From positions 312,486 to 376,485 of the forward strand of contig JAIELV010000001.1 of NCBI GenBank assembly GCA_019752595.1: DNA of 64,000 nt. The letters are read 5' to 3'. The translations under genes and the position numbers were made by a program. Shown piece by piece: positions 38,789 through 47,061 of the stretch. Source of the DNA: Patescibacteria group bacterium. GTDB taxonomy: Bacteria > Patescibacteriota > Minisyncoccia > Phycocordibacterales > Phycocordibacteraceae. Below the pieces are notes generated by a model. It searched no databases. It worked only from the letters and a program-made list of their open reading frames with translations, and had not been told where the DNA came from. Position 1 is the stretch's first letter, and each line of letters starts with the position of its first letter.

Positions 38789-39064
38789 TTATTTTCGTTT
38801 TAGTTTATAGACTTTAAGGATTTCACTCTTCGCCTTTGCGGTTTCTCCGGAATGCATCTGATGATGCACGCAATGGTCGAGGTGATTTTCAAGGAGTATG
38901 TCCTCGACATTTGAGAGTCCCTGTTTGACTGCAGATGTTTGCGTAATCACGTCAATGCAATAGGTGTCGCTTTCAACCATTCTTTGCAGGCCACGTATTT
39001 GTCCTTCAATGAGTTTGAGTCGACGAATAACCTTTGCCTTGCCCTTGGCATCCATGTACTTCAT
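38789..39064 (-). CDS. csoR: CsoR/RcnR-family metal-sensing transcriptional repressor
   Basis: Start at MKYMDAKGKAKV. The upstream ORF-track extension is a translation of the operator palindrome. DUF156 pattern with the Cys/His triad (C..H..C). Confidence 0.75.
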   Translation of the reverse strand: MKYMDAKGKAKVIRRLKLIEGQIRGLQRMVESDTYCIDVITQTSAVKQGLSNVEDILLENHLDHCVHHQMHSGETAKAKSEILKVYKLKRK

Positions 39065-39072
39065 ATGGATGT

Positions 39073-39100
39073 AGTATATACCCCCTAGGGGGTATATACT
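39073..39100. promoter_or_regulatory. Perfect 28-bp palindrome AGTATATACCCCCTAGGGGGTATATACT: candidate CsoR operator overlapping the csoR-copA promoter
   Basis: AT-flanked G/C-tract pseudo-palindrome of the ATACCC..GGGTAT type described for CsoR operators. Ends 9 bp upstream of the csoR start. Confidence 0.65.
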
Positions 39101-39130
39101 AAAACACAGCATGAGAACCGCCTTGTCTTT

Positions 39131-39706
39131 TTATATTTCGTCCCTTCTTTTGAGCATCAGTGGCAATCCAACAACCACAAGAGCAAACGTCCCCCCTAAC
39201 AACCCGACCCAAAACTCCACGCCGAAAGTAAACTGCTCCTCGTCTGAACTCCGCAAAACATTGAGCTCAAATTCTGCTTCTCCTGCGTTAGTGGCCATCA
39301 ACTCGTTCTTACTCGCATCATTAAATCGCACACTTAACGTATAAGCACCTCCCTCAGGAAATACATACGCGAACCTATTCCCGCCAAATTCCTGCTTTGC
39401 AATAGGTCCCGCAAAAAGTGTCTCACCACTTTTATTTTCGTTCTTGAGTGTTATACGAACCCATATGTCGCTAAAATTAACCGACTTATTTCGTGCTTCG
39501 TCAGTAAAAAGATCCATAATAAATACCCCCATACGTCCGGCTTCAATATAGGCATCTCCATAATCCACGTCCACAATATGTCCTTCGGTTGTTGTGCTGG
39601 TAAACGTCATGCCTACTTCTCCGTGTGCGTACGCAACTCCCGGTGTCACACATAACACTGTTGTCAAAAATAAAATGAAAACTGACTTTCGTGTAAAGTT
39701 TTTCAT
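39131..39706 (-). CDS. Secreted hypothetical protein with C-terminal TM anchor
   Basis: Signal peptide ...PGVAYAHGE and a C-terminal hydrophobic helix. Confidence 0.45.
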   Translation of the reverse strand: MKNFTRKSVFILFLTTVLCVTPGVAYAHGEVGMTFTSTTTEGHIVDVDYGDAYIEAGRMGVFIMDLFTDEARNKSVNFSDIWVRITLKNENKSGETLFAGPIAKQEFGGNRFAYVFPEGGAYTLSVRFNDASKNELMATNAGEAEFELNVLRSSDEEQFTFGVEFWVGLLGGTFALVVVGLPLMLKRRDEI

Positions 39707-39707
39707 A

Positions 39708-41129
39708 TTATCCGGCGGCTACAATAGGTTGTGCCATGATCCACAAACTTAAAACGCTGTAGAAAATCATAAGAATAAGCATCGGGTATTGACTGATAAG
39801 TGTTTTGCGACTGTCTTTGAAATACCGCTCCGCTAGTGCATGAGAGATAATAACTGCAATTACATGCCCTATAACAATAAGCCCCACCTGCACATTCCAT
39901 AGCATCTTGAGATTCAGCACGGTGTAGCTGATTTCATAATTCGCAGTGCCGAAAAGATTCCATCCTCTCCCGAAAGGGTCAGAGACAAGATACAGAATAC
40001 GTTGGCCTTCAACGACGAGAATGGAGAGGTAGTGCGCAATCTCGTAAGCGATGGATATTGGCAGAAGCGAGTAGATAAAGCGTCGAGCCACCTCCAGTGT
40101 TGCCGAACCGTCTGAAGAAATCCACTTGGTAAGAAAAGAAAAGATTGCGTAGACGGAAGCGAAAACAACAAAGAGTCCCGCAAGGCCAACTGTTCCTACA
40201 ATTGCCCACGGCAAGCCGAGGGCAAGCAAAGATGAAAATAGATTCTGAAAGAACGGAGTTCCCAGCATACCGTCGGCCGCGACACTTGAGAGCATGAGGA
40301 GCACAAAGGCCGTTTGCGATACATTCGCTTCACCTTGCAATAACCCCACTGCCGGTGGACGCAAATGGACTTCGATTTTTTCACCAACCTTTTTTGTTTC
40401 GGTTATTGAAAACCGTGAAAGAAAGGAAAAGAAAACCGAGAACGGATCACCGTGTTTAAGCCAGACTTCTTTCCCGAAGAATGCCATTCCTGTGAACGTA
40501 ACGACTGCGTACAAAAGTACGAGCATCGCAAGCGGTTGTGGTGTCGCTGAATCGAGGAAAACATTTTCAACCCAGCGAAACGCAAAGAAGAGAGCAAATG
40601 CAGGCCATACGCCCCAAGCGATTGGCCACGGGTGCTCATTAACAGTCACGCGCCCGCGTCTTAGTAGGGCTTCTACATACTCAAACAGCGTTCTGAAGGG
40701 ATTGATAACCCGCCATATATTTCCGACAGCAGCACTTGCGAACGGCACCCCGACCGCAAACAAAACCCACACGACTGTCGGTAGCATATTGAATGCCGGG
40801 TTCTGGTCGCCCCAAATACCGCTCGCCACAGCGGTGAACAGCACGAGAATGAAGAAGAGCTTTAGCGACTGGACCACCCACGACGACGAAAGTATTTTAA
40901 ACCAACCTCTGCGAGAAAGGCTGATATTGGGGTATTCATAAAGCGCCTTCGTAAATTTTTTAGGAACAACCGAGAGAAGAATAAACGAGAGCGCGACCAC
41001 CACACCTGCACCAAAAAGATACAAGTAGAGCGGGACAGGCAAGTCAATGCGCTGGCCAAATCCGTGCGCAAAGGCGAGCCCGGGAACGAGCGTAAAGACG
41101 AGGACAGCAAGTGTGAGGGCGCTTTTCAT
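39708..41129 (-). CDS. Polytopic membrane protein (10 or more TM), hypothetical
   Basis: Signal peptide followed by many hydrophobic helices. Confidence 0.5.
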   Translation of the reverse strand: MKSALTLAVLVFTLVPGLAFAHGFGQRIDLPVPLYLYLFGAGVVVALSFILLSVVPKKFTKALYEYPNISLSRRGWFKILSSSWVVQSLKLFFILVLFTAVASGIWGDQNPAFNMLPTVVWVLFAVGVPFASAAVGNIWRVINPFRTLFEYVEALLRRGRVTVNEHPWPIAWGVWPAFALFFAFRWVENVFLDSATPQPLAMLVLLYAVVTFTGMAFFGKEVWLKHGDPFSVFFSFLSRFSITETKKVGEKIEVHLRPPAVGLLQGEANVSQTAFVLLMLSSVAADGMLGTPFFQNLFSSLLALGLPWAIVGTVGLAGLFVVFASVYAIFSFLTKWISSDGSATLEVARRFIYSLLPISIAYEIAHYLSILVVEGQRILYLVSDPFGRGWNLFGTANYEISYTVLNLKMLWNVQVGLIVIGHVIAVIISHALAERYFKDSRKTLISQYPMLILMIFYSVLSLWIMAQPIVAAG

Positions 41130-41134
41130 ACTAG

Positions 41135-41581
41135 TTAACGCGGATTGACGACAAACGCGCCGATCACAATATCTTCTTCGGCTTCCGCCGCAGGCGTGTC
41201 CTCTGTTGTCTCAGTTGCCTCGTGTTCTTCGTCGGCACCTGCCGCTTTCGGGTGCAATTCAAAATTGTATCGTCCTGCCTTGTCTGCAGTAAACGAAAAC
41301 GACAGCTCTGTCCCTACTGTCATATCGTTCTCAATTTCATATCCCGATATGTGGAATTCTCCCGATTCGTCAGACATGACCCGTATGGTCACTTTCTCGC
41401 CTTCCGTAACTGTCACAATTTCAGGAGAGAGTTTACGATTCGTCACCTGAACGGTAAGTGTTTGCTCTTTTTGAGCTTGCACTTGTTGGGTTGGTGTTTG
41501 CTCTTTCGACCCGGAGGTCAGATATACAATTCCTCCAGCAAGAATAATCACACCGACGATTAACAAAATTATTTTCTGCAT
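41135..41581 (-). CDS. Cupredoxin-like (EfeO-type) domain protein with acidic C-terminal tail
   Basis: IVTVTEGEKVTIRV...ELSFSFTADKAGRYNFELH resembles the cupredoxin_1 fold pattern. Confidence 0.5.
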   Translation of the reverse strand: MQKIILLIVGVIILAGGIVYLTSGSKEQTPTQQVQAQKEQTLTVQVTNRKLSPEIVTVTEGEKVTIRVMSDESGEFHISGYEIENDMTVGTELSFSFTADKAGRYNFELHPKAAGADEEHEATETTEDTPAAEAEEDIVIGAFVVNPR

Positions 41582-41613
41582 ATTTTATTATTATCTAATA
41601 ATCATTAGTAACG

Positions 41614-42153
41614 CTAACTCATCCCGCCAGGAACAGAACTGCAGGTTGCTCCTGGTTCGGGTGTCTGCGGTCCTTGGCGGAATTTATTTATGAAGAGATC
41701 AATGCGCGGGTCTTTTTCTGATTCTAGAAAAAGTTGGTTATTCCACGCAGTAAGCACGATGGGAGTATTTTGCTCGGCAAGCGGACTCAAGAAAGTGTAC
41801 CCACGTACTTTCTTCTTGAGCATCTCAATCTGCTCTGTCGAAAGTGTGGGTTGGTATGTAATCCACACTGCACCATGCTCAAGTGCATGTACCGCTTGTT
41901 CTTTAATTACCGGTTTGTCATATACGTTGCCATTGCACGCCACCCATACTTGCGCATGTTTACCACCTACTGGTGGATTTTCCGCATACGCAACTTCACC
42001 CTGTACATGTTCTCGTTCCGTTAGGGTGTATTGTTTGAGACCTTCTATAACTCCTGAGGTCTGCTCCTTTTTAAAGCCGTTCGACAACCATATCCCCCCG
42101 ACGAGCAATACGAATACCGCGATGATAGCGTAGGACGTTTTGATATTTTTCAT
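41614..42153 (-). CDS. DUF3105 domain protein
   Basis: PPVGGKHAQVWVACNGNVYDKPV...AVHALEHGAVWITYQP matches the DUF3105 core. Confidence 0.6.
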   Translation of the reverse strand: MKNIKTSYAIIAVFVLLVGGIWLSNGFKKEQTSGVIEGLKQYTLTEREHVQGEVAYAENPPVGGKHAQVWVACNGNVYDKPVIKEQAVHALEHGAVWITYQPTLSTEQIEMLKKKVRGYTFLSPLAEQNTPIVLTAWNNQLFLESEKDPRIDLFINKFRQGPQTPEPGATCSSVPGGMS

Positions 42154-42683
42154 ATCGTTATTTCACATACTGTTTTACTAATTTGTTTTGACAAGAGATA
42201 CGTTGAATATCCCAAGAGAAGAACGCCTAAAATCCCGAATTCTTCACCTCCAAGTGGGAAGAGAGCGAGCGCGCTCGTCCCGAATACTGTTCCCGCAAGA
42301 GCGGTCAGTATCAATGAGCCACATGCCGCACATCCGATGCCGAGTGCTCCTGCCACTATTCCCGATGCGCTTATTGTCGCGCTTCCTGCAAACATCTGCC
42401 TTGCACGAATAAGCTCGATGATAAGCGCCACATTTATGCCCACGAGAATTGCTATTGCAATCGTATAGAGAGCCGAAAGCGGGGTGAAGTTCGTCGTGAT
42501 TGAGAGAAGTAGATTTGTAGGCAAAATGATTTTGTCTCCAAGCGATACTGCTGTATCCGTCCATACCGAGAGCAGGAGGCGCAGATTCGGAAGCCACAAC
42601 GCAAACGCAAATACAAGTACACTAACGCCAATCGAGATCAGCTTGGAGTGTGTCGATTTCAACGTGTTGAGGATGGCCTGCAT
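42150..42683 (-). CDS. Membrane protein, hypothetical
   Basis: Five or so TM helices. Confidence 0.45.
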   Translation of the reverse strand: MQAILNTLKSTHSKLISIGVSVLVFAFALWLPNLRLLLSVWTDTAVSLGDKIILPTNLLLSITTNFTPLSALYTIAIAILVGINVALIIELIRARQMFAGSATISASGIVAGALGIGCAACGSLILTALAGTVFGTSALALFPLGGEEFGILGVLLLGYSTYLLSKQISKTVCEITI

Positions 42684-42689
42684 AATCGG

Positions 42690-43409
42690 TTATTTCTCTT
42701 TCAGGGCAAGTTCAATGAGTTGCTTCACTGCCTCATACGGCTGAGCGCCGGATAACGGGTATTTCTTTCCATTCTTTGCAACTACAATGCTCCACGGCGT
42801 GCCGTTGCCGCCAGTTGCGACGGCATTCTGCACGTGTTCTTCAATTTTTTGAGCATATTTACCACTTGTCAGGCAGATGTTAAATTTATTTTCATCAAGT
42901 CCAACATACCCTGCAATTTTGGGAAGTTCTGCGGGGTCGAGGCCGTTGTTGGCAGGAGTGACTTCCATAAGGCGATCCAAATACGCCCAGAATTTGTCGT
43001 TGCCCCCTAACTCTGCAGCGCATTCTGTAGCTTCCGCTTCTTTCCGTGCCCTCGAGTGTAGTTGATCAAGAGGAAAATGCCGATAAACCCACGCTACTTT
43101 ATCGCTGTCGCCGTATTCGGTCATAATCTGTTGCATAGTGGAGTGGAATCGCTTGCAGAACGGACATTCGGTATCCGAGTATTCAACGATTTTCACTGCA
43201 GCATTCGCATCACCTCGAATATGGTCTTCCCTCCCAACTGATTTCATTGCTTCAAGGTTGCCTGTCGGTTGTTGTACATCTTGCGGCTGTGGCACCACTG
43301 CAGCCCCTGCTCCATTACCGCCAAAGTAGAGCGCGAGAGCAATGAAAGCTCCTGCAATGACAATCGCGATAGGTGTTGATAGATTGTTTTGTTTTGATTC
43401 AGTTTCCAT
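42690..43409 (-). CDS. DsbA-family thioredoxin-fold oxidoreductase (membrane-anchored)
   Basis: Start at internal METESKQNN. CPFC active site and the DsbA fold pattern. Confidence 0.7.
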   Translation of the reverse strand: METESKQNNLSTPIAIVIAGAFIALALYFGGNGAGAAVVPQPQDVQQPTGNLEAMKSVGREDHIRGDANAAVKIVEYSDTECPFCKRFHSTMQQIMTEYGDSDKVAWVYRHFPLDQLHSRARKEAEATECAAELGGNDKFWAYLDRLMEVTPANNGLDPAELPKIAGYVGLDENKFNICLTSGKYAQKIEEHVQNAVATGGNGTPWSIVVAKNGKKYPLSGAQPYEAVKQLIELALKEK

Positions 43410-43480
43410 GTAATGACACTTACCAATTAAAGTAATAAACACTGCACGACTGAGTCGTGCAGCCGTTAGGAAAGCCGCCG

Positions 43481-43903
43481 TTAGAAAACCTTTCGATTTA
43501 AAATACCATTTGAAAAAAGCTCTTGTAGCAGTGTGGGCGGCAGATAATTTTCTCTGCGTGCAACACAGAAGATAGGTACGAGTGTCCTCCTCGGCTTTGG
43601 CCACCGCGCTTTAGTTCGAATCAACACAAGTGCGAACATGGCCAAAAGTAACAAAATCAAGGCCAAACCATCCTGCTGAGACATAGTCGTAAACATGCTC
43701 TGCCAGGCGGCAATATGCTGCAGTGGGGTCATGTTGCACACGACAGTTTTGCTGGTCATAAAAAGACAAGGCGACATGGTCATATCTCCGTCCGGGCCCA
43801 TCGTCACACTCAAGTGTTGCACTCCAAAAAACCCGAGAATAAGAAAGGCTATGAAGCCTAGAACGAGAGCCGTTTTCGCAATTTTTGCAATCAGGACGAC
43901 CAT
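43481..43903 (-). CDS. Membrane protein, hypothetical
   Basis: Three TM helices with conserved Cys. Confidence 0.4.
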   Translation of the reverse strand: MVVLIAKIAKTALVLGFIAFLILGFFGVQHLSVTMGPDGDMTMSPCLFMTSKTVVCNMTPLQHIAAWQSMFTTMSQQDGLALILLLLAMFALVLIRTKARWPKPRRTLVPIFCVARRENYLPPTLLQELFSNGILNRKVF

Positions 43904-44316
43904 TTAGTTTATTATAGCTTGTTTCGGACTATAGAAAAAACTATACTTCAAACGAGGCCGACGACCGAAACGATGCTAAACCACAACATAAGGATTTTTA
44001 AATTCATAAATTCATCATATCAAAGCCACTTTTTGCACTCATTTTTTGCAATCACGCATGAATCTCTGCTGAGATTCTGCGCGACCCCGCCTCAGTCGCC
44101 TCCGCTCCTTCCGGCTTTCCGAAGCTCCATGCATTCTCTTCGGAACCCCCGCGAAAAAAGAAAGGATGGGCAGGGCGAGGAAGCGCCGAGCGACTTTGTT
44201 TTGTTATGAGCAAAGCGAATTAAAAAACAAGAAGTGCCCTTTGTGGTGCGGAGCGAGGCGCGAATGGGCTTCCTAACAATTTTGCTTGAAATAGGTTCGG
44301 ACTTTTTCGTAAAGAA

Positions 44317-44464
44317 GCACCACAGGAAGACTTCCAAAATTTCGGGCTTCGCCCGTAGTTTGTGTGTGGAGATAAGACCAAGGAGTTAAGGCATTTCCGC
44401 GCGCAAGGCGCGCGGTGAGGGTGAGGTTGGAGCCGAAGATTTTCTGGAGGGAGGATTTTTGCAC
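44317..44464 (-). repeat. Left copy of a 148-bp imperfect inverted repeat (partner 48463-48610); contains a truncated copy of the recombinase 3' tail
   Basis: Reverse complement aligns with 48463-48610 over the same length. The terminal ~41 nt and ~45 nt are near-identical and the middle has diverged. Confidence 0.75.
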
Positions 44465-44557
44465 TAATTAGTTAAGAGTGCTTGCCCCACCCACCCAGTG
44501 CGCGCACAACATCCCTTCGCTAAAAACTAAGTAATTAGCGAAGGCTCCCGATATATT

Positions 44558-45334
44558 TTATTCACCAAAATATCTACCACCGTTTATGTGGAATGTTTGC
44601 CCCGTTATAAAATCAGCACTTGAGGATGCAAGATAAGAAACAAGGCGTCCAACCTCTTCGGATTTACCAAACCTGCCTAACATTGTACGTGATTTCCTTG
44701 CTTCGTTTTCTTCATCAGAAGCTTCCCCAAGTAGCATATCTGTTTCGATATAGGCAGGAGCGACGGAGTTAACAAGTATTTTTGGCGCAAGCTCTGTTGC
44801 AAGTCCGCGCGTAACGCCTCCAAGAGCTGCTTTTGAAACTGCGTAAGAGAATATCTCACTTTCTTTCGTGTAGTTATGCGCACTTGCTGAAGAAACGAAT
44901 ATAACTTTTCCTTTCGGGGCACGTTCGAGTAATGGTAATACTTTTCGCGTTACCATAACGGCTCCTTTAAGATTTGTAGCAATATGGTCGTCAAAATTTT
45001 TCTCGGTCAATTTTCTGAATGGCTGTTTGACAAGTATGCCCGCATTATTGACCAAGACATCCACGCGCCCGTGACGTTCTTTGACAATGCGAACCATTCT
45101 TTCTATTGCGGCTCGTTTTGTAACATCAGCGCGAATAAAAAGTGCCGAAACACCGCACGTATCAGCTTCATCTTTGAGTCGATCAACCTCTTCCTTGGAG
45201 GTTTCCTTATAGTTAATTACTAAGTCGCATCCATCGCGAGCCAGACTTCTTGCGATTGCCTGACCTATACCCCGTGTACCGCCGGTAATTAGAGCGACTC
45301 GACGAGTTTTTTCCTTCTCTTGAGCGACTGCCAT
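44558..45334 (-). CDS. SDR-family oxidoreductase (FabG-like)
   Basis: TGGTRGIGQAIA Rossmann motif and the YxxxK catalytic region. Confidence 0.8.
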   Translation of the reverse strand: MAVAQEKEKTRRVALITGGTRGIGQAIARSLARDGCDLVINYKETSKEEVDRLKDEADTCGVSALFIRADVTKRAAIERMVRIVKERHGRVDVLVNNAGILVKQPFRKLTEKNFDDHIATNLKGAVMVTRKVLPLLERAPKGKVIFVSSASAHNYTKESEIFSYAVSKAALGGVTRGLATELAPKILVNSVAPAYIETDMLLGEASDEENEARKSRTMLGRFGKSEEVGRLVSYLASSSADFITGQTFHINGGRYFGE

Positions 45335-45344
45335 AAACAGGTAG

Positions 45345-46280
45345 TTAAGATACTATAGGTTCAATGTTTTGGTCAAATAGCTTCGAAGCTCGTGCGCAAT
45401 ACTCGGCAATATGTTCTTTGAAGTATGGCGGATGCTGCTTTTGAATCTCGCCAATCAGAAAGTAGCTGATTGCTACTAATAATCCGTACCCTGCATCATC
45501 AGGAAGAGGGATAGTGAGATTTCTATCAAGTGGGGCAACTGGTGTTGGTTTGCCAAAGGAAATGAAAAACTCAGTCGGACTTGGAACAACTGTGGTTGCG
45601 TGTTTGGCTTGCTCATGCGTATATGTACGCCCCGATACGCGCGATCCGAAAAGCTCATCAAACTTTGTTAGTAGCATCGGCGCAATGAGACGCAAAGAGG
45701 TGGGGATAGTAATAAAAAAAGCATCAAACTTTTCAAAATCTTTTCTTACTTTCGGGATAACCGCGTTTTCGATAAAAGTGCGGATTTGTAGGGGACTTTC
45801 TTGAGTAACCGAAAGAATAATCCCTAAATATGTGGATGTATTGTATGTGTACGGCTCTCGGTTTTTAGGAAGCAGGAATATATCTTTTTTCTCAACATAT
45901 TCTCCAGCAAGAGGGGCGGGGTTGTGGGTTACGAGTATTGTTCGTAGCTTAAGTTTTTGAAAATCTTGGGCAATTCGTACCGCATGTTTCCCGCCGGAAG
46001 CAGAAATTAAAAGCGCCAGAATAATGTCTGGGTTTTCGGATACGACTTTTTCATAGTCGCTTTCATCTGCACAAACTGCGTTTTTCAAATACGTTGCCAA
46101 GATTCTGCCTGTGGCAGCCGCATTTACGCTTCCAACAATCAGTATTTTGCCCGAGGAGAGTTGCGGCAACTTAGGGATTCCATCACGTTCAAAACGCTCA
46201 AGAGTGGCAAGAACGCACACGTCAAGGGTTGGTAGTGTGTCTAAGCCGAACGCTTCAAGAATTTGCAGATAAGATTGCAT
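45345..46280 (-). CDS. SIS-like domain protein (putative sugar-phosphate isomerase)
   Basis: ILIVGSVNAAATGRIL and LISASGGKHAV segments resemble SIS-domain motifs. Weak. Confidence 0.3.
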   Translation of the reverse strand: MQSYLQILEAFGLDTLPTLDVCVLATLERFERDGIPKLPQLSSGKILIVGSVNAAATGRILATYLKNAVCADESDYEKVVSENPDIILALLISASGGKHAVRIAQDFQKLKLRTILVTHNPAPLAGEYVEKKDIFLLPKNREPYTYNTSTYLGIILSVTQESPLQIRTFIENAVIPKVRKDFEKFDAFFITIPTSLRLIAPMLLTKFDELFGSRVSGRTYTHEQAKHATTVVPSPTEFFISFGKPTPVAPLDRNLTIPLPDDAGYGLLVAISYFLIGEIQKQHPPYFKEHIAEYCARASKLFDQNIEPIVS

Positions 46281-46285
46281 GAGAT

Positions 46286-47029
46286 TTATTTTTGGGGACG
46301 TAGTGTGTGCATAGCAGCTAATAAGATACTCGTTTCTTTTACGCAATTACCACGAAAGTTGTCTTTCTCGAAAAACAGTGCCATGCGAGTCAAAAAATGC
46401 TCAAATACGCGAGGTTTAACCCAGTCCGGATTTAGAGCGAGAATTTTAGCTATGGTTGGCAGTGCTCGGTAACGGCCTGCGCATAGCGTATGATACACCA
46501 CACCCGCAAGTTCAAATTCTTTCGTGAATTTTCCGTAAATTTCTAAATCGAAGTCGATGTGTACCAGCCCTGTTTCGGGAGCAATCAACATGTTTGGCGT
46601 CCAGCGGTCGCCGTAGACGATACTTTTTTTGTGCGCAGAACGAAGGTCAGAGAAAAGGTCGTACACAGTTCTGTCGATATCCGCATCTGATGCCTCTTGC
46701 ATAAATTTATCTATGGTTTTTGCATTGTTTAAAAACCGATAGTACGGAACATCTTTTTCATCCACATATGCCGGCGGGATCACTCGCAGACCTTGACGTG
46801 CCGCATTGGTTGCGAATTGAACTTGCTCGGCGGAAGTACGTCTCCGGAAGCGGCCACCTAAGTCGGTAAAACCAATAAAGTGGTATTCGTGAGCGTTTTT
46901 GCGAATAATCTCTTTTGTAGTGTCTTTTGGGTTTCTCGTTAAAAACTCTCGTCCTAATTCATCGACTACAAACTCGTGCACGTTGAGCGCACCTTCCAAA
47001 GGTTCCCTAAATAGCTTTCTGAATTCCAT
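46286..47029 (-). CDS. Protein-kinase-like phosphotransferase (APH/choline kinase/Kdo kinase superfamily)
   Basis: VYGDRWTPNMLI catalytic-loop-like and LVHIDFDLE DFG-like motifs. Confidence 0.5.
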   Translation of the reverse strand: MEFRKLFREPLEGALNVHEFVVDELGREFLTRNPKDTTKEIIRKNAHEYHFIGFTDLGGRFRRRTSAEQVQFATNAARQGLRVIPPAYVDEKDVPYYRFLNNAKTIDKFMQEASDADIDRTVYDLFSDLRSAHKKSIVYGDRWTPNMLIAPETGLVHIDFDLEIYGKFTKEFELAGVVYHTLCAGRYRALPTIAKILALNPDWVKPRVFEHFLTRMALFFEKDNFRGNCVKETSILLAAMHTLRPQK

Positions 47030-47061
47030 TGTTGACTAATGACCATAGCAAGGAATAATTT

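Noticed and set aside
43919-44209. 96-aa plus-strand ORF in the long gap
   Set aside because: It is a low-complexity S/P/F/L-rich translation with no start context. The region is more likely non-coding.
44273-44464. 63-aa ORF 'MQKSSLQKIFGSNL...' as an independent gene
   Set aside because: It is the inverted copy of the recombinase 3' tail within the 148-bp repeat (GTG start, no RBS context). It is treated as a repeat and possible alternative tail, not a stand-alone gene.
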